DNA from: Salpingoeca rosetta
Taxonomy: Eukaryota > Protista > Choanoflagellata
DNA: 64,000 nt
Assembly: GCA_033442325.1 (NCBI GenBank)
Contig: JAWQFM010000003.1
Coordinates: forward strand, 1,486,699 to 1,550,698
Direction: 5' to 3'
The notes below the pieces were generated by a model, which did not search any database, was not told where the DNA came from, and saw nothing but the letters and a program-made list of their open reading frames with translations. Shown here piece by piece: positions 44,073 to 55,334 of the stretch. A program made the position numbers and the translations under genes. Within the stretch, counting starts at the first letter, position 1; each line of letters opens with the position of its first letter.

Positions 44073-44083
44073 CTGAATTCAGT
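44073..44083 (+). promoter_or_regulatory. Candidate promoter motif CTGAATTCAGT (also at 49867-49877 on + and 63167-63177 on -)
   Basis: The same oriented 11-mer lies upstream of three start codons. Confidence 0.45.
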
Positions 44084-44148
44084 TTCATCGTGTCTGGCGA
44101 CACCGCGACACACAAAAGTAGAGTCAACGAAAACAAGCCAACGAACGA

Positions 44149-46737
44149 ATGATGACAGCTCCGTCGTCCTCGTCCTTGTCGTTGCCGTCGCTGTTGTTGG
44201 TGTTGTTGGTGTTGGTGTTGGCAGCGGTGGTGGGCACGCCATTCAATCATGGCGGCAGCACCCACATGGTTGTAGCTGCGCCTGTGTGGCCACCAACATC
44301 ACAGCAGCAGCAACAACAACAGCAGCAGCAGCAGCAGCAGCAACAGCAACAACAGCCCATGTGCCCGGAAGGCACGACGGTGCATTACTCGGCATCGCTT
44401 GCCCACCCAGAACACAACTTGTTTGCTGACGACGACGCCGGTAGTGGCGCCGACGATGATGGTGATGACGCCGCTGGCAATGACGACGACGACGAAAACA
44501 ATAACAGGAAGATTGGTGGCAATGGAGACAATGACGACCACCACCAGCGACAACAAAAACAACAGCACCAGCACCAGCACCATCACCATCAAGGACGCGC
44601 AAACGTGCATCGACCGCAACGACATGCGCATTGCGTGTGTGCCTTGGGCATGGTGTGCCGCGGCTCCCTGTGCTCCTCTGCACACGAGCACTGCACGGAA
44701 ACAGAGGATGAGGAAGGCAATCCCGACTCCGTCTGTACCCTCGTCCATGGCTACCTGGCAGGCTGCGATGACTGCGCCTGCGTGCCGGAGACTTCCATTG
44801 CCTTCAAGAAACCGCAACAAGTCTTTCTGGCCATGGTCAACAGGGGAAACTCCTTGTCCTTCAACTTTGCCATCGAAGGAGACGTTTCTCGGCCACACGT
44901 CACCATTTGGCAGCCGCCACAGGACAGCTCCGAGGCGGCACATGACGGGCAACACCAACAACACGACGACACAAGCAATGGCGAGGAAACATCCCATGCC
45001 GCATCTTCCACACATGCACGGGAAATGACGGTCGCATTCCACACAACAGCCACGACGCCACACGACGGCAACGACAACGCGGCTGTCGGAGCCAAGGAGA
45101 GAAACGACGAAGCGGGAGAGGAGCACCGCTACCTGCCGTCCGCTGGTGCCGTTGAGCTCGTGGCACGCCAGCGCCCGAGCACAAGTGAGAAGACCCTGCA
45201 CATCAGCTTCTGGATTGCCGTCTTGCACAACGTGGAGGGTAAGCGCCTGTGCTACCGCGCGTGGAACGGCGACGTTCACACCGCAACTGCATGCGTGCAC
45301 GTGCCAACACGCGGCTTTCCAGCACCATCATCATCACCATCATCATCAGCATCGTCCGCGGCTGTTGCGACGATTGGGGTGGTGGGCGACATTGGCATGT
45401 CGTACTCTGCACCTTTTGTGATGCAGGCGCTCAAGCACGACCACACGCTGGACATGCTGGTGCACCCTGGCGATGTGAGCTACGCCTTCAAGGTGGAGGA
45501 CATGAACCTGTACCTGTCGCGGCTGCAGGGCCTGGTCAACCACATCCCGTATCAGGTGTGCTTGGGCAACCACGAGGCCAACAACGCGCGCGTGCTCAGC
45601 GCGTTTACAGAGCGCTTCCCAACGGACCTGCTGGGCGCCGCGAGCGGGTCCGACTCTGGCCACTGGTTCAGCTTTGACGCATACGGCGTGCACTTTGCGG
45701 TGCTCGACTCACAGGCCGACCTCTCGCCGCACAGCGCACAGCGGGTGTGGGCGCAGCAGGATTTGAAGTTGGCGGCAGATGTGAAGCGGCTCGCACGCCA
45801 ACGCGCAGCCGCAACCGCTACTGGAAGTGATGGTGGTGGTGATGTGCGGTGGATTGCGGTTGTGCTGCACTACCCGTTGTACTCCACGCACCGGCGGGTG
45901 AAGAGCGAGGAGCGGCGGGACAAGCTGAAGCAGATGCACGACCTGCGGGTGGCGCTGGAGCCCTTGCTGCGCGACTATGGTGTCGATGTTGTGTTCGCAG
46001 GCCACGACCACGTGTACGAGCGCACCTACCCGGTCCTCAACGCAACCCGTGTCGGTGGTGATGATGGTGATGATGGTGATGATGGTGGCGATGGCGGTGA
46101 TGGCGGTGATGATCTTGTGCGAGCGCATGCGCCGGTTCACATTGTTGTGGGCACAGGCGGCCACAACATTTATGAGAGCTGGTACAACCTGCCCGACTAC
46201 GATGGTAAGCGTGTGTGTGTGTGTGCGTGCGTGTGTGTGTGCGTGTGTGTGTGTCTGTGTGTGTGTGCTCTCTTGTGCGTGCGCACTTGTGCATCTTCTC
46301 TTTTCCATGCTGCTGCCTTTGGACACATGTATTCTTGTTGTTGCCCCTCTGCGCGCCGTGTTAGCATCGTGAACGCAAAGCTCAACGCTGTTGTACGAAC
46401 CTCCCACTCACCAAGACCCGCCATCTGTTGTGTTCCCTTCCCTCCTACTCTCCCCAACTCCAACTCCAACTTCCAACTTCCAACACCCTCCAAATCGACT
46501 TCTTTCTTGCATCGACTGCACCGTTTTCCAGCCAAGCGGTATGCGTTGCCTGGCTATGGCCGCCTGCTTGTGAATGCAAACAGCACGCTGACGTGGCAGT
46601 TTTGGGAGGTTGACATCTCCCCCTGTGTGCGGGCGGACTACGGCGGCGACAAGCTCTGCCCTTCGCGTACCCTGCAGCAGAAACATGGAAACTTTGACCC
46701 GCCGGTTGTTCTGCGCGACCAAGTGCTGATTGGCTGA
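44149..46737 (+). CDS. Secreted purple acid phosphatase / metallophosphoesterase (intron 46205-46531)
   Basis: Signal peptide plus all five PAP ligand blocks: GDIG, GDVSY, GNHE, VVLH, GHDHVYER. Splice sites are gatg|gtaagc and ttccag|cc. Confidence 0.93.
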   Translation: MMTAPSSSSLSLPSLLLVLLVLVLAAVVGTPFNHGGSTHMVVAAPVWPPTSQQQQQQQQQQQQQQQQQQPMCPEGTTVHYSASLAHPEHNLFADDDAGSGADDDGDDAAGNDDDDENNNRKIGGNGDNDDHHQRQQKQQHQHQHHHHQGRANVHRPQRHAHCVCALGMVCRGSLCSSAHEHCTETEDEEGNPDSVCTLVHGYLAGCDDCACVPETSIAFKKPQQVFLAMVNRGNSLSFNFAIEGDVSRPHVTIWQPPQDSSEAAHDGQHQQHDDTSNGEETSHAASSTHAREMTVAFHTTATTPHDGNDNAAVGAKERNDEAGEEHRYLPSAGAVELVARQRPSTSEKTLHISFWIAVLHNVEGKRLCYRAWNGDVHTATACVHVPTRGFPAPSSSPSSSASSAAVATIGVVGDIGMSYSAPFVMQALKHDHTLDMLVHPGDVSYAFKVEDMNLYLSRLQGLVNHIPYQVCLGNHEANNARVLSAFTERFPTDLLGAASGSDSGHWFSFDAYGVHFAVLDSQADLSPHSAQRVWAQQDLKLAADVKRLARQRAAATATGSDGGGDVRWIAVVLHYPLYSTHRRVKSEERRDKLKQMHDLRVALEPLLRDYGVDVVFAGHDHVYERTYPVLNATRVGGDDGDDGDDGGDGGDGGDDLVRAHAPVHIVVGTGGHNIYESWYNLPDYDGKRVCVCACVCVCVCVCLCVCALLCVRTCASSLFHAAAFGHMYSCCCPSARRVSIVNAKLNAVVRTSHSPRPAICCVPFPPTLPNSNSNFQLPTPSKSTSFLHRLHRFPAKRYALPGYGRLLVNANSTLTWQFWEVDISPCVRADYGGDKLCPSRTLQQKHGNFDPPVVLRDQVLIG

Positions 46738-46761
46738 GGTAGAGTGAGATTGGGATCGAGA

Positions 46762-46803
<42 letters not shown>

Positions 46804-46862
46804 GAAAGGTAGGGTGAGAGATGGAGCGTCTAACAGTACTTTAACAGCCCGGGGGTAGAGCA

Positions 46863-47136
46863 TCCAAATCGACTTCTTTCTTGCATCGACTGCACCGTTT
46901 TCCAGCCAAGCGGTATGCGTTGCCTGGCTATGGCCGCCTGCTTGTGAATGCAAACAGCACGCTGACGTGGCAGTTTTGGGAGGTTGACATCTCCCCTCGT
47001 GTGCGGGCGGACTACGGCGGCGACAAGCTCTGCCCTTCGCGTACCCTGCAGCAGAAACATGGAAACTTTGACCCGCCGGTTGTTCTGCGCGACCAAGTGC
47101 TGATTGGCTGAGGTAGAGTGAGATTGGGAGTCGAGA

Positions 47137-47178
<42 letters not shown>

Positions 47179-47211
47179 GAAAGGTAGGGTGAGAGATGGA
47201 GCGTCTAACAG
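46863..47211 (+). repeat. Near-identical tandem copy of 46489-46836 (PAP last exon, acceptor and 3' flank)
   Basis: Direct comparison shows only a few differences (SPCVR vs SPRVR; ggatcg vs ggagtcg) and a 26-bp spacer. Confidence 0.95.
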
Positions 47212-47425
47212 ACTTTCCTGGCTTGTAGGTGGTTGTGTCGGTAATAAATTGCGCTAACTTGTTGTGCAGTGTAGTGTGCACTTGTGTATTGGTGAGCGAG
47301 AGTTGGAGTGTGAGCAAGTGTGATGGTGATTTGCACACACACACACACACACATACAGACAACAAGGATCAAGCCTTTTTCAACTCAAGGGGAAAGTGGG
47401 CGTGCAAAGCGAAGGGCAAAGCACA

Positions 47426-47521
<96 letters not shown>

Positions 47522-47581
47522 CGTCGTTCGTTTACGTACGTACTGAGTGAATAGCAAAACAATGACAGTTACAAAACTCAC

Positions 47582-47782
47582 GGATGGGTCGCTGATGATG
47601 CCTGAAAACTTTGGGTGAATGTCTGGGACCCAAAGGTCCGGGTGAACGTTCTCCAGGAACCACTTGAAGGAGTGGCAGTTGAGGCGCTCGCGAATGGCGC
47701 GACGCTCAGACAGATCGCCAGGATCTTTTCCGTAGAACCCGCGCGTGTCGTACACAATCTCCTTGTACTCGTCCATCCACAC
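47582..47782 (-). CDS. Orphan exon of a polypeptide GalNAc-transferase (GALNT, GT27)
   Basis: cttcag|[11 protein letters not shown]...[29 protein letters not shown]...|gtgagt is the classic end of the GALNT catalytic domain. No other GALNT exons were found in the window. Confidence 0.85.
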
Positions 47783-47917
47783 CTGAAGCGGGGGAGGGCG
47801 GAAGAAGAAGGTGTTGTTACACGTGAGGAAGATGACAAAACGAGGGCTGAACCATGCACACGTGTTTGTCTTCATGCACGCATACATGCAGGTGCACACA
47901 GGCAGGCAGGCAGACAT

Positions 47918-47999
<82 letters not shown>

Positions 48000-48043
48000 C
48001 CTTGTGTTTTGTTGCATGAACACTGCGCCATGGTTGTACTCAC

Positions 48044-49005
48044 CATACATGGGGCTCCACGTCTGGTTGATGACATCGAGGCACACAGAGCCGGACCTGA
48101 AGTGGGGAAAATGAAGTCAAAAAAAAAAAAGAAAGAAAGAAAGTTTGGGAGGTGGAGCGAGGCTGGTGAGGCAGTGGCGGAGATTGAGGGGATGTTGTGA
48201 TCATCAAACGAGCAGCAGAAGAAGCACGTGTCTGCTACATACTCACTCACTCACTCACACACACACACACACTCACACACTCACTCACACACACTCACAT
48301 TTCGTCAATGTTGGGATGGAAGATGCGGTTGACAAAGCCTGCAATCGTGACATCAGGCACGGCACATGTGAGCCCGCATGGTGAGCCCGCATTGTGAGCT
48401 CGCAACACAAGCCAGGCAGAAGGAAAGGAAAGGAAGAAAAAGGAGAAGGGAAGACACAGTCACAGTCACACACGCACACGCACGCACGCACCAACGGATG
48501 GGCTCTTGTACGGGTACTCTGGCGGCAATTCCACTCGGATCCTCCAGTTGCCACCCTCATATGGGCCTGCAAACGCGAAGACATGTGTGCGCGTGTCAGC
48601 TAAGACGCAGGATGATGTTTGGATTTCATAGCTGTTGTGCCAACGTGTTGCAAGTGATGTGTTGCAAGTGATGCGCAGCCGACGCACTGTCTGAGGGGCC
48701 TTTGAAGGTGACGTAGAACTTGTTGATGCAGTCGTCAATCAGCGCAACATCGTGGTCGCTCATGAGCCTGAAGCGAAGCAATCAAAGGAAACAAACGCAG
48801 GGCGATGCCAGCAAGAGGTGAGCGTAAGACGGAAGGAAGGAGGAGAGATAGTCGCATGAGGCACGGCGCATGAAACAAGAGCAAACGTGGGGGTCGGACG
48901 CCGCTGCTGGTGTGACAAGGGCGGTACAAGGACTCACAGCTTCATGACGTCTGATTCCATCCGCTTCTTCGATGCGGCGGAGATGACGGGCTTGGGATGG
49001 CTCAT
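48044..49005 (-). CDS. UBE2H: Ubiquitin-conjugating enzyme E2 H/Ubc8, 5' five exons only (3' part missing)
   Basis: [11 protein letters not shown]|LMSDHDV...FKGP|[25 protein letters not shown]|[31 protein letters not shown]. The expected DLxNIFE..LPQLL.YPNP exon was not found. Confidence 0.9.
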
Positions 49006-49960
49006 GCTGGAGATGGGCGGCTCGTGTGTATGTTGGTTTGTTTGGTTTGTTTGTGTGTTTGTGTGTTTGTGTGTGTGTGTGTTGTTGTAGTTGTAGTTGT
49101 TGTAGTTGTAGTTGTAGTTGTAGTTGTAGTTGTAGTTGTAGTTGTAGTTGTTGTTGTTGTGGTCTTTGTCAATGTGCACCAGCGTTTGTTCTTCCTGGGA
49201 AGGCAAGGGAAGCAGGTGCACAAGGCGAAGGAGTGAGGCGCACAAATGATGCCATGCAAGATGATTGCCGTATGCGTGAGAGGCAGACGGGCAGGCTGCT
49301 CCCAACGCGGTGGTTCGTGCTTTGTTGTTTTGAGAGATCATTGAGGAGGGAGGGGGGTGCGTGCTGCTGGGTGCTCAACGACACGCCATCCAACCCACGC
49401 ACGGAACAACCGTCTGCTCACACACACAAACAAACAAACAAACAAGCAAGCAAGCAAGGCCGTGGGAGACATTCCGCACCACTCACCGCACGTTGCTTGG
49501 TTGTTTGACTTGTGTGTGTGTTTGTGTGTGCGTTGTGAGGGATGCGGGTGAGGGCAGCGTCGCTTGTATCCGTTGTTGCCGAGGTGAGGTGAGAGGGCCG
49601 GGGAGGCAACGACAATCTAGGGGTCAACCCCACAAGCCAGGAATAGCGAGCGAGGGCGCCAACAAGAAGAGAGGACAAGGCACGTACACAGCAGAAAGGC
49701 TGAGGGAAGAACTGAGAAGCAGCAGCGGGAAGGTTTGTGTGTCGTGGACGAACAAACAAACAAACGAACAAGCGCTTGCTGCTTGTTGCTTGTTGATTGG
49801 TGTGTGGCAATCGCAAAACGAACGTAACCGCCCGTGCTACTCTTTGTCGTGTTGTAAGCAACACAGCTGAATTCAGTCTTGTGCAATTTGCGTGCTTGTT
49901 CCACGCACATACCACCTCCGCCTCTTTGCTGCCGCAGAAAAGACACACACCGACAGAGGG

Positions 49961-50790
49961 ATGGCGGCGCAGTCGCACCAGGTTCACCCGGAGGTGGTGC
50001 AGCGATTAAACAAGGCAGAGGCAGCGCTTCACGATGGCGTGCTCATGAAACAAGGCTCCATTCTGAAAAACTGGAAGGTGTGTGTGTGTGTGTGTGTGTT
50101 TGGTTGCTTTGTGTGTGTGTGTGTGTGTGTGTGTTTGGGACATTGAAGTTTGTGTTCACGCACTGACTGTGTTTGTGTTTTGTTTGCGAGTGTGTTGACT
50201 TTGCTGGGTTGATTTGCATCCACTTTGAGTCTGTATGAGTGTGTGTGTGTGTGCTGTGCGTGCTGTGCATGCACGCGCGCACGCTGGGGGAGATCGTCCC
50301 ACACTTTCACCACACACCCTCCTCACAAACACACCTTCCCCACAAACACACCCTCCTCACAAACACATACACAAACATGCACATACATTCAATACAGGAA
50401 CGCCACTTTGTGCTGTATTCATCGGGCCAGTTGAGGTCTGTCGAGTCATCAATGGCATGAGCATTTTTTTTGGCAGGGGAAGAAGGCTGGTGCTCCTGCT
50501 AGTTCCCTTCATCGTTCCCAACCCCACTTGTTGGTTGACCTGCAGCTGATGCCAGCAGTTGGATGTATTGCTTTCGGCCCGTGCCACTGCCCCCACTTAA
50601 CTTGTTCCTGCCCTCGAATGAATACATGGCTTTGCTCTGCGGCGTTTCCCCATGTCTAGGTACTTCAAGCAGCGAGGTCACAACCGACGAGTGTTGAGGG
50701 TGAGCGCATATTCTTGCTCCCTATTGATGTGCAGTGCGCACGGTTTATTCGCACGTTCAATTATGAGCCACGCTGCTCTTTTTTCAATCT

Positions 50791-50882
<92 letters not shown>

Positions 50883-51321
50883 GACATTTTCACGCACACG
50901 ACACACTCAAAGCACAACATACACACACACGCGACATGTTTTCACGCACACGACACGCATGCACACACGAGACGTACACGACACACACTCCAAAGCACAA
51001 CACACATGCACACACGTACAACTCGCCTCACACCTCCTCCTTTATCCCACCTTTGCGTGCGCTTTGTTGCAGGGATCAATTGATCTGCATCAGTGCACGG
51101 GCATGACACAGGGAAGGCAACACACGGCGCCACCAAATGGCTGGCCACCCCACGTCCCGGACCTGGCATGCCTGGCCATTCACGCGCCACGACGCACCTA
51201 TTACTTTTACGCCACAAACCGCGCGGAAATGGACGTGTGGCTGGCGCACCTCGACCCCTTTGTACGCCGCATTCGCCACGCCCAGCCAGAATACCAGAAC
51301 CTCAACGCCGATCTACCCTAG
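49961..51321 (+). CDS. Small single-PH-domain protein (4 exons)
   Basis: HDGVLMKQGSILKNWK|ERHFVLYSSGQLR|YFK...|GSIDL...RTYYFYATNRAEMDVWLAHL matches the PH consensus. Confidence 0.9.
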
Positions 51322-51666
51322 CACAGGGTGTGGCGTGCTCCCGTTTCGCTCCACAGAGCACGCACGTCGGCACCCTGTGCTGTAGTTGATTGTTGACCTT
51401 GTTTTGTCTTGTTTGTTGTTTTGTTTGTTTGCTTGTTTGTATTTTTTCTGTTGCTCCCTGCATCGTTGCTGCTGCTGCTGCTGCTGTTGCTGTTGTATTT
51501 CAAGTCAACCCTGCGTGTACATAACCCACTTGACGACTGCTACTAGAGGCCTCTTTTAATCCACATTTCAAAACGGCAATAATACAACAAAACGCAACTG
51601 TACCGGTAAAGCAAGCCCAAGCGTACACACACACACACACATGCATGCAGACACGAAAACGCACAC

Positions 51667-51735
<69 letters not shown>

Positions 51736-54198
51736 TCACAAGCGCGTGCCCCTACGCATGGAGCGCTTGGCACGCGTTGCCTTGCGCTTCATGCTCTTGA
51801 TCTGCCGCAGCTTCACCTCCTTGGTCGCGTTCCACTGGTCTCGGAGCTGCGTAGTCGCCTGCACGCGAGCAAACCCACGCGTCTTGTCTGCGGCGAGCGA
51901 CGACAGCTGGTCATCGTCAAGGAAGAAGAACGACGCCTCGGAGGCCGCCTCTGCAGACTCCTTCTTCGCTGCCGGCGCTGACATGACATTGCGAACACGC
52001 GACCCAAGCACCTTCACTGCACCAACTTGCACGTTCGCCTTTATCGCCGCATCCCGCCCGCCAGCACCGTCACCATCACCGTCGCCAGCAGTAGCACTGG
52101 CACTTGGCTTGTCACCCTCACTTGCATGGCTCAACACATCGCCATCACCACCACCACCGTCGCCATCAACAGCACCCACGTCACCACCCTCATCATCACC
52201 ACCCTCATCATCACCACCACCATCACCACCACCATCACCCTCACCACTGTTGCTGCTAAGGCCGCTGCTTCCCGACGCCATGCCGGCAAATCCAAACGAG
52301 AATGTGGTGATGGTGTTTGTGTCGCGCCAGTTGCCGCTCGCTGGCTTGAGCTTCTCTCTCAAATCGCCTGCCACGTGCACAAAGCGCTCGGGCTGCTTCT
52401 CATCCCCGTCCTTGGCGGCGGCCCCGGCGTCATCGCCATCATCGCCATCATCGCCATCATCGCCTTTATCGTCGCCGCCAAATCGCACAGCCTTTCGCTT
52501 CTTGCGCCCGCCGTCCTCTGCACCTTGCGTTGGGGTGCTGAGAATGCTCTTCTTTGGCGTCCTGCCCTCACGAAGCGTCCTCGCCCCCTGCTGCCCACTG
52601 GCGGCCGCTGCTGCGTGCTGCGCAAGCGCCTCGCCGCCATCTCCACCGCCATCATCGTCATTGTTGTTGTTGTTGTTGTCGTTGCGGTTGGCGTGGCGGT
52701 CGCGGTACTGCTGCATGTTCTCGGCGAGGAGATCGTCCCTGCCCACCTCGGCCAGCGGGTCAAACCGCTTGATGCCAACATACCCGCGCCTCGGCTGCCG
52801 CTGCCGCGCCTGCATCACCTGCTCCCACCGGTCCCGCTTTGGTCGCTTGTGCGCGTGGTCGCCCCGGCCCTCATCTCCGCCACGCCTGCTGCTGTCTCTG
52901 CCACCGCTTCGCCAACTGCGGCTGTCGCGGTCTGCGCTGGCGCCGTTGCTGCCATCAGCACCGCCACCATCGTCAATGTACTCGTTGTCGGAGTCGTCCG
53001 AGTCTGAGGCAACGCTTGCCTTCATGTTTCCGCCCTGCGCAACGGCAAGCGCCTTTGCAGAGGACACAGCCGCTCGCCGACCGCGGACAAGGATCCTTGA
53101 CAGAATGTCCATCTGTTTTGTCGTCTCCTCTTGAAGAGCAGCGTCGTCAATTGCATCACCATGCTCGGCTCCTGCTGTTGCTGTTGCACTTGTGTCTGCC
53201 GTTGCAGCGTCGTGCGCATCCTCCGCTTGCGGCTGATTGGCCTCTTCAATGTCATCAAAGTCCCATCCGTCGTCGTCAGACTCTAGCCCGTGTTCCTCGT
53301 TCTCTGACCGCGTCTCCTGCTCTCGGTCGTCTTCCTGTTCCTCCATGTCTGCGTCCTCGTCCCCTTCCTCGTCCTCCATGTCTGCGTCCTCAGGTGACTC
53401 TGCAGCATTGTCGATCGCCTCTTCCTCCTCTTTCTCCTCCTCCTCCTCCTCCTCCTCGTGCTCGCCAGCACTGGCTGTATCAGTCACAACTCGTGCATCG
53501 TCATCATCGCTGAGATCCTCGCGCTCGTGGTCGGAGAGCTGTGAGGTCTGCGTGGTGGCACGCGCGTGGTCTGCTGCTGTCGCCGTTGCTCCTGCTGCGC
53601 CATCGCCATCGTTATTGTCACTGTCGTCGTCATCGCGGAAGATCTTGAGACGCGGAGTGACCTTCTTCGCCTCCACCTTCATGAAGCGGCCGCGTGGGTT
53701 CCTGATGGTGAGGGTTGGCACAGCGCGGCCGTACCTGCCCGATGCCCAGCCGGGGAGGGTAGCGAGCTCGGCATCCGACTTGTTCACAACGGCAGACGGA
53801 AGGGTGGCCTGTGCCAGCTTCTGTGCGGTGCGTGCACGCCTGCGGGCCCTGGCGCGCCGCTGTGAGCGAGCCAGCGCACGCTTCTCCAGGCGAAGGCGCT
53901 TGGTGTAGTGCTGCTTGGCAGGAGCAATGTGCAGCGTGAGCCCGCGAAACTTGCTGGCATGGAGCGCGTTCTGGCACCGCGCCAGCTTGTCGCTTGGGAT
54001 GTTGGTGTTGACGAAGCAGTACCCGCGTGACTCGCCATCCGGCGCACTGTTGGGGAAATCGGGCACCTCGCCCACGTCACCGAATCGCTTCAAGTAGCGA
54101 ACAACGTGCTGCGCCTCCTCTTCATTGCTCACACCAGCAATGTGCAACCGCCGCACCTGCTGCGGCGGCTGCGGCTTAGATGGCTGGGGTCGCGGTTC

Positions 54199-54263
<65 letters not shown>

Positions 54264-54274
54264 GCTGCTGCTGT

Positions 54275-54306
<32 letters not shown>

Positions 54307-54570
54307 TTGTTGCTGTGGTCTGTGCACTGGAGGGTGTGGTCGTTGGTGTTGAAAGCTGCGATCTCCACCGCCACGGCCTCTGCTGTTGCCTGTACCTCGT
54401 CCACGACCGCCACCACGACCGCCACCACGACCGACACCACGTCCAATACCACGACCGCCACCTCGATTGCCACCACGTCCGCCACCGCGACCGCCACCGC
54501 GACCGCCACCACGTCCAACACCCCCGCCACGTCCGCGACCACGAACACCACGCTGTTCCTGCTGCATCAT
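51736..54570 (-). CDS. NOL8: Nucleolar protein 8 (Nop8)-like, intronless; RGG + RRM + acidic region
   Basis: The RRM (RLHIAGV...GYCFVN...[28 protein letters not shown]) and [13 protein letters not shown] match NOL8. The C-terminus is basic with FFF and W motifs. The likely start is MMQQ at 54570. Confidence 0.85.
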
Positions 54571-54585
54571 CGTTGGTGTGGACGC

Positions 54586-54755
54586 GTGGGTTACGGAAGA
54601 TTTGTCGAAGATGCGGGTAAATTGTCCTTTCGATGCAGATCTTTCACAGAATATCACTCTGGCGTGGTATCAGGTACATCTTCCGTAAATTATCCTCTTG
54701 GTGAGAATTTTTCTGGTGCTGAGCCACCCACCTTTGCATCTGCCTTTTACCCGCA
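54586..54755. other. Interlocked inverted-repeat element (possible structured RNA, MITE relic or motif cluster) upstream of NOL8
   Basis: Perfect 11-bp (54591-54601/54678-54688) and 10-bp (54612-54621/54746-54755) inverted repeats cross each other. Confidence 0.55.
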
Positions 54756-55334
54756 GCACACGAGGTACGCCGATGATGAGCGAGTGGCTTGCTGGTGTGG
54801 TGTGGCTGGCTGTGGTTATGGTGTTGTTGGTGAGCTGGTGGCAGAGAGCGCGGGCTTTGAGAGGGGTGATGATGGTTTGATGTGCACGCGCGTGTGGTGG
54901 AATAAGCAAGCCAGCAACAGCAAACACCGTTGAGCGAGCGGAGTGGATGTGGTGTGGACGTGGTGTACAGCAGGTGCAACAACGGAGAGAACGCAGTGAT
55001 CCGCAGCGTGCAAGCGCGTGTGTGAAGAGGGATGTTCTTGTGGAAGGAAGTTGAAGCGTGCGGATGGATGGATGGATGGATGGATGAATGTACAGTGGTG
55101 TATTGTGATGATGGTCCAGTTAGAAGCCTGCGCTCCCACATCAACTGCAGCCACAGCAACCAACAATCACCACCCCTCTTGATGTTGTCTGCCTCTTGTG
55201 TTTTTTTGTCTTGATTGAGCGACCTGACCACCCTGTCTCACCTTCTGTGCTGCTGCTGTTGCACACACACACACACACTATGTGCACATGTGCTTCCACA
55301 GCCCTCTCAGACCGCACACAGAGCAACCAGCACC

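Noticed and set aside
54571-54657. N-terminal extension MIFCERS... of the NOL8 ORF
   Set aside because: It begins at a non-ATG codon and runs through the repeat element. MMQQ at 54570 is the more plausible start.
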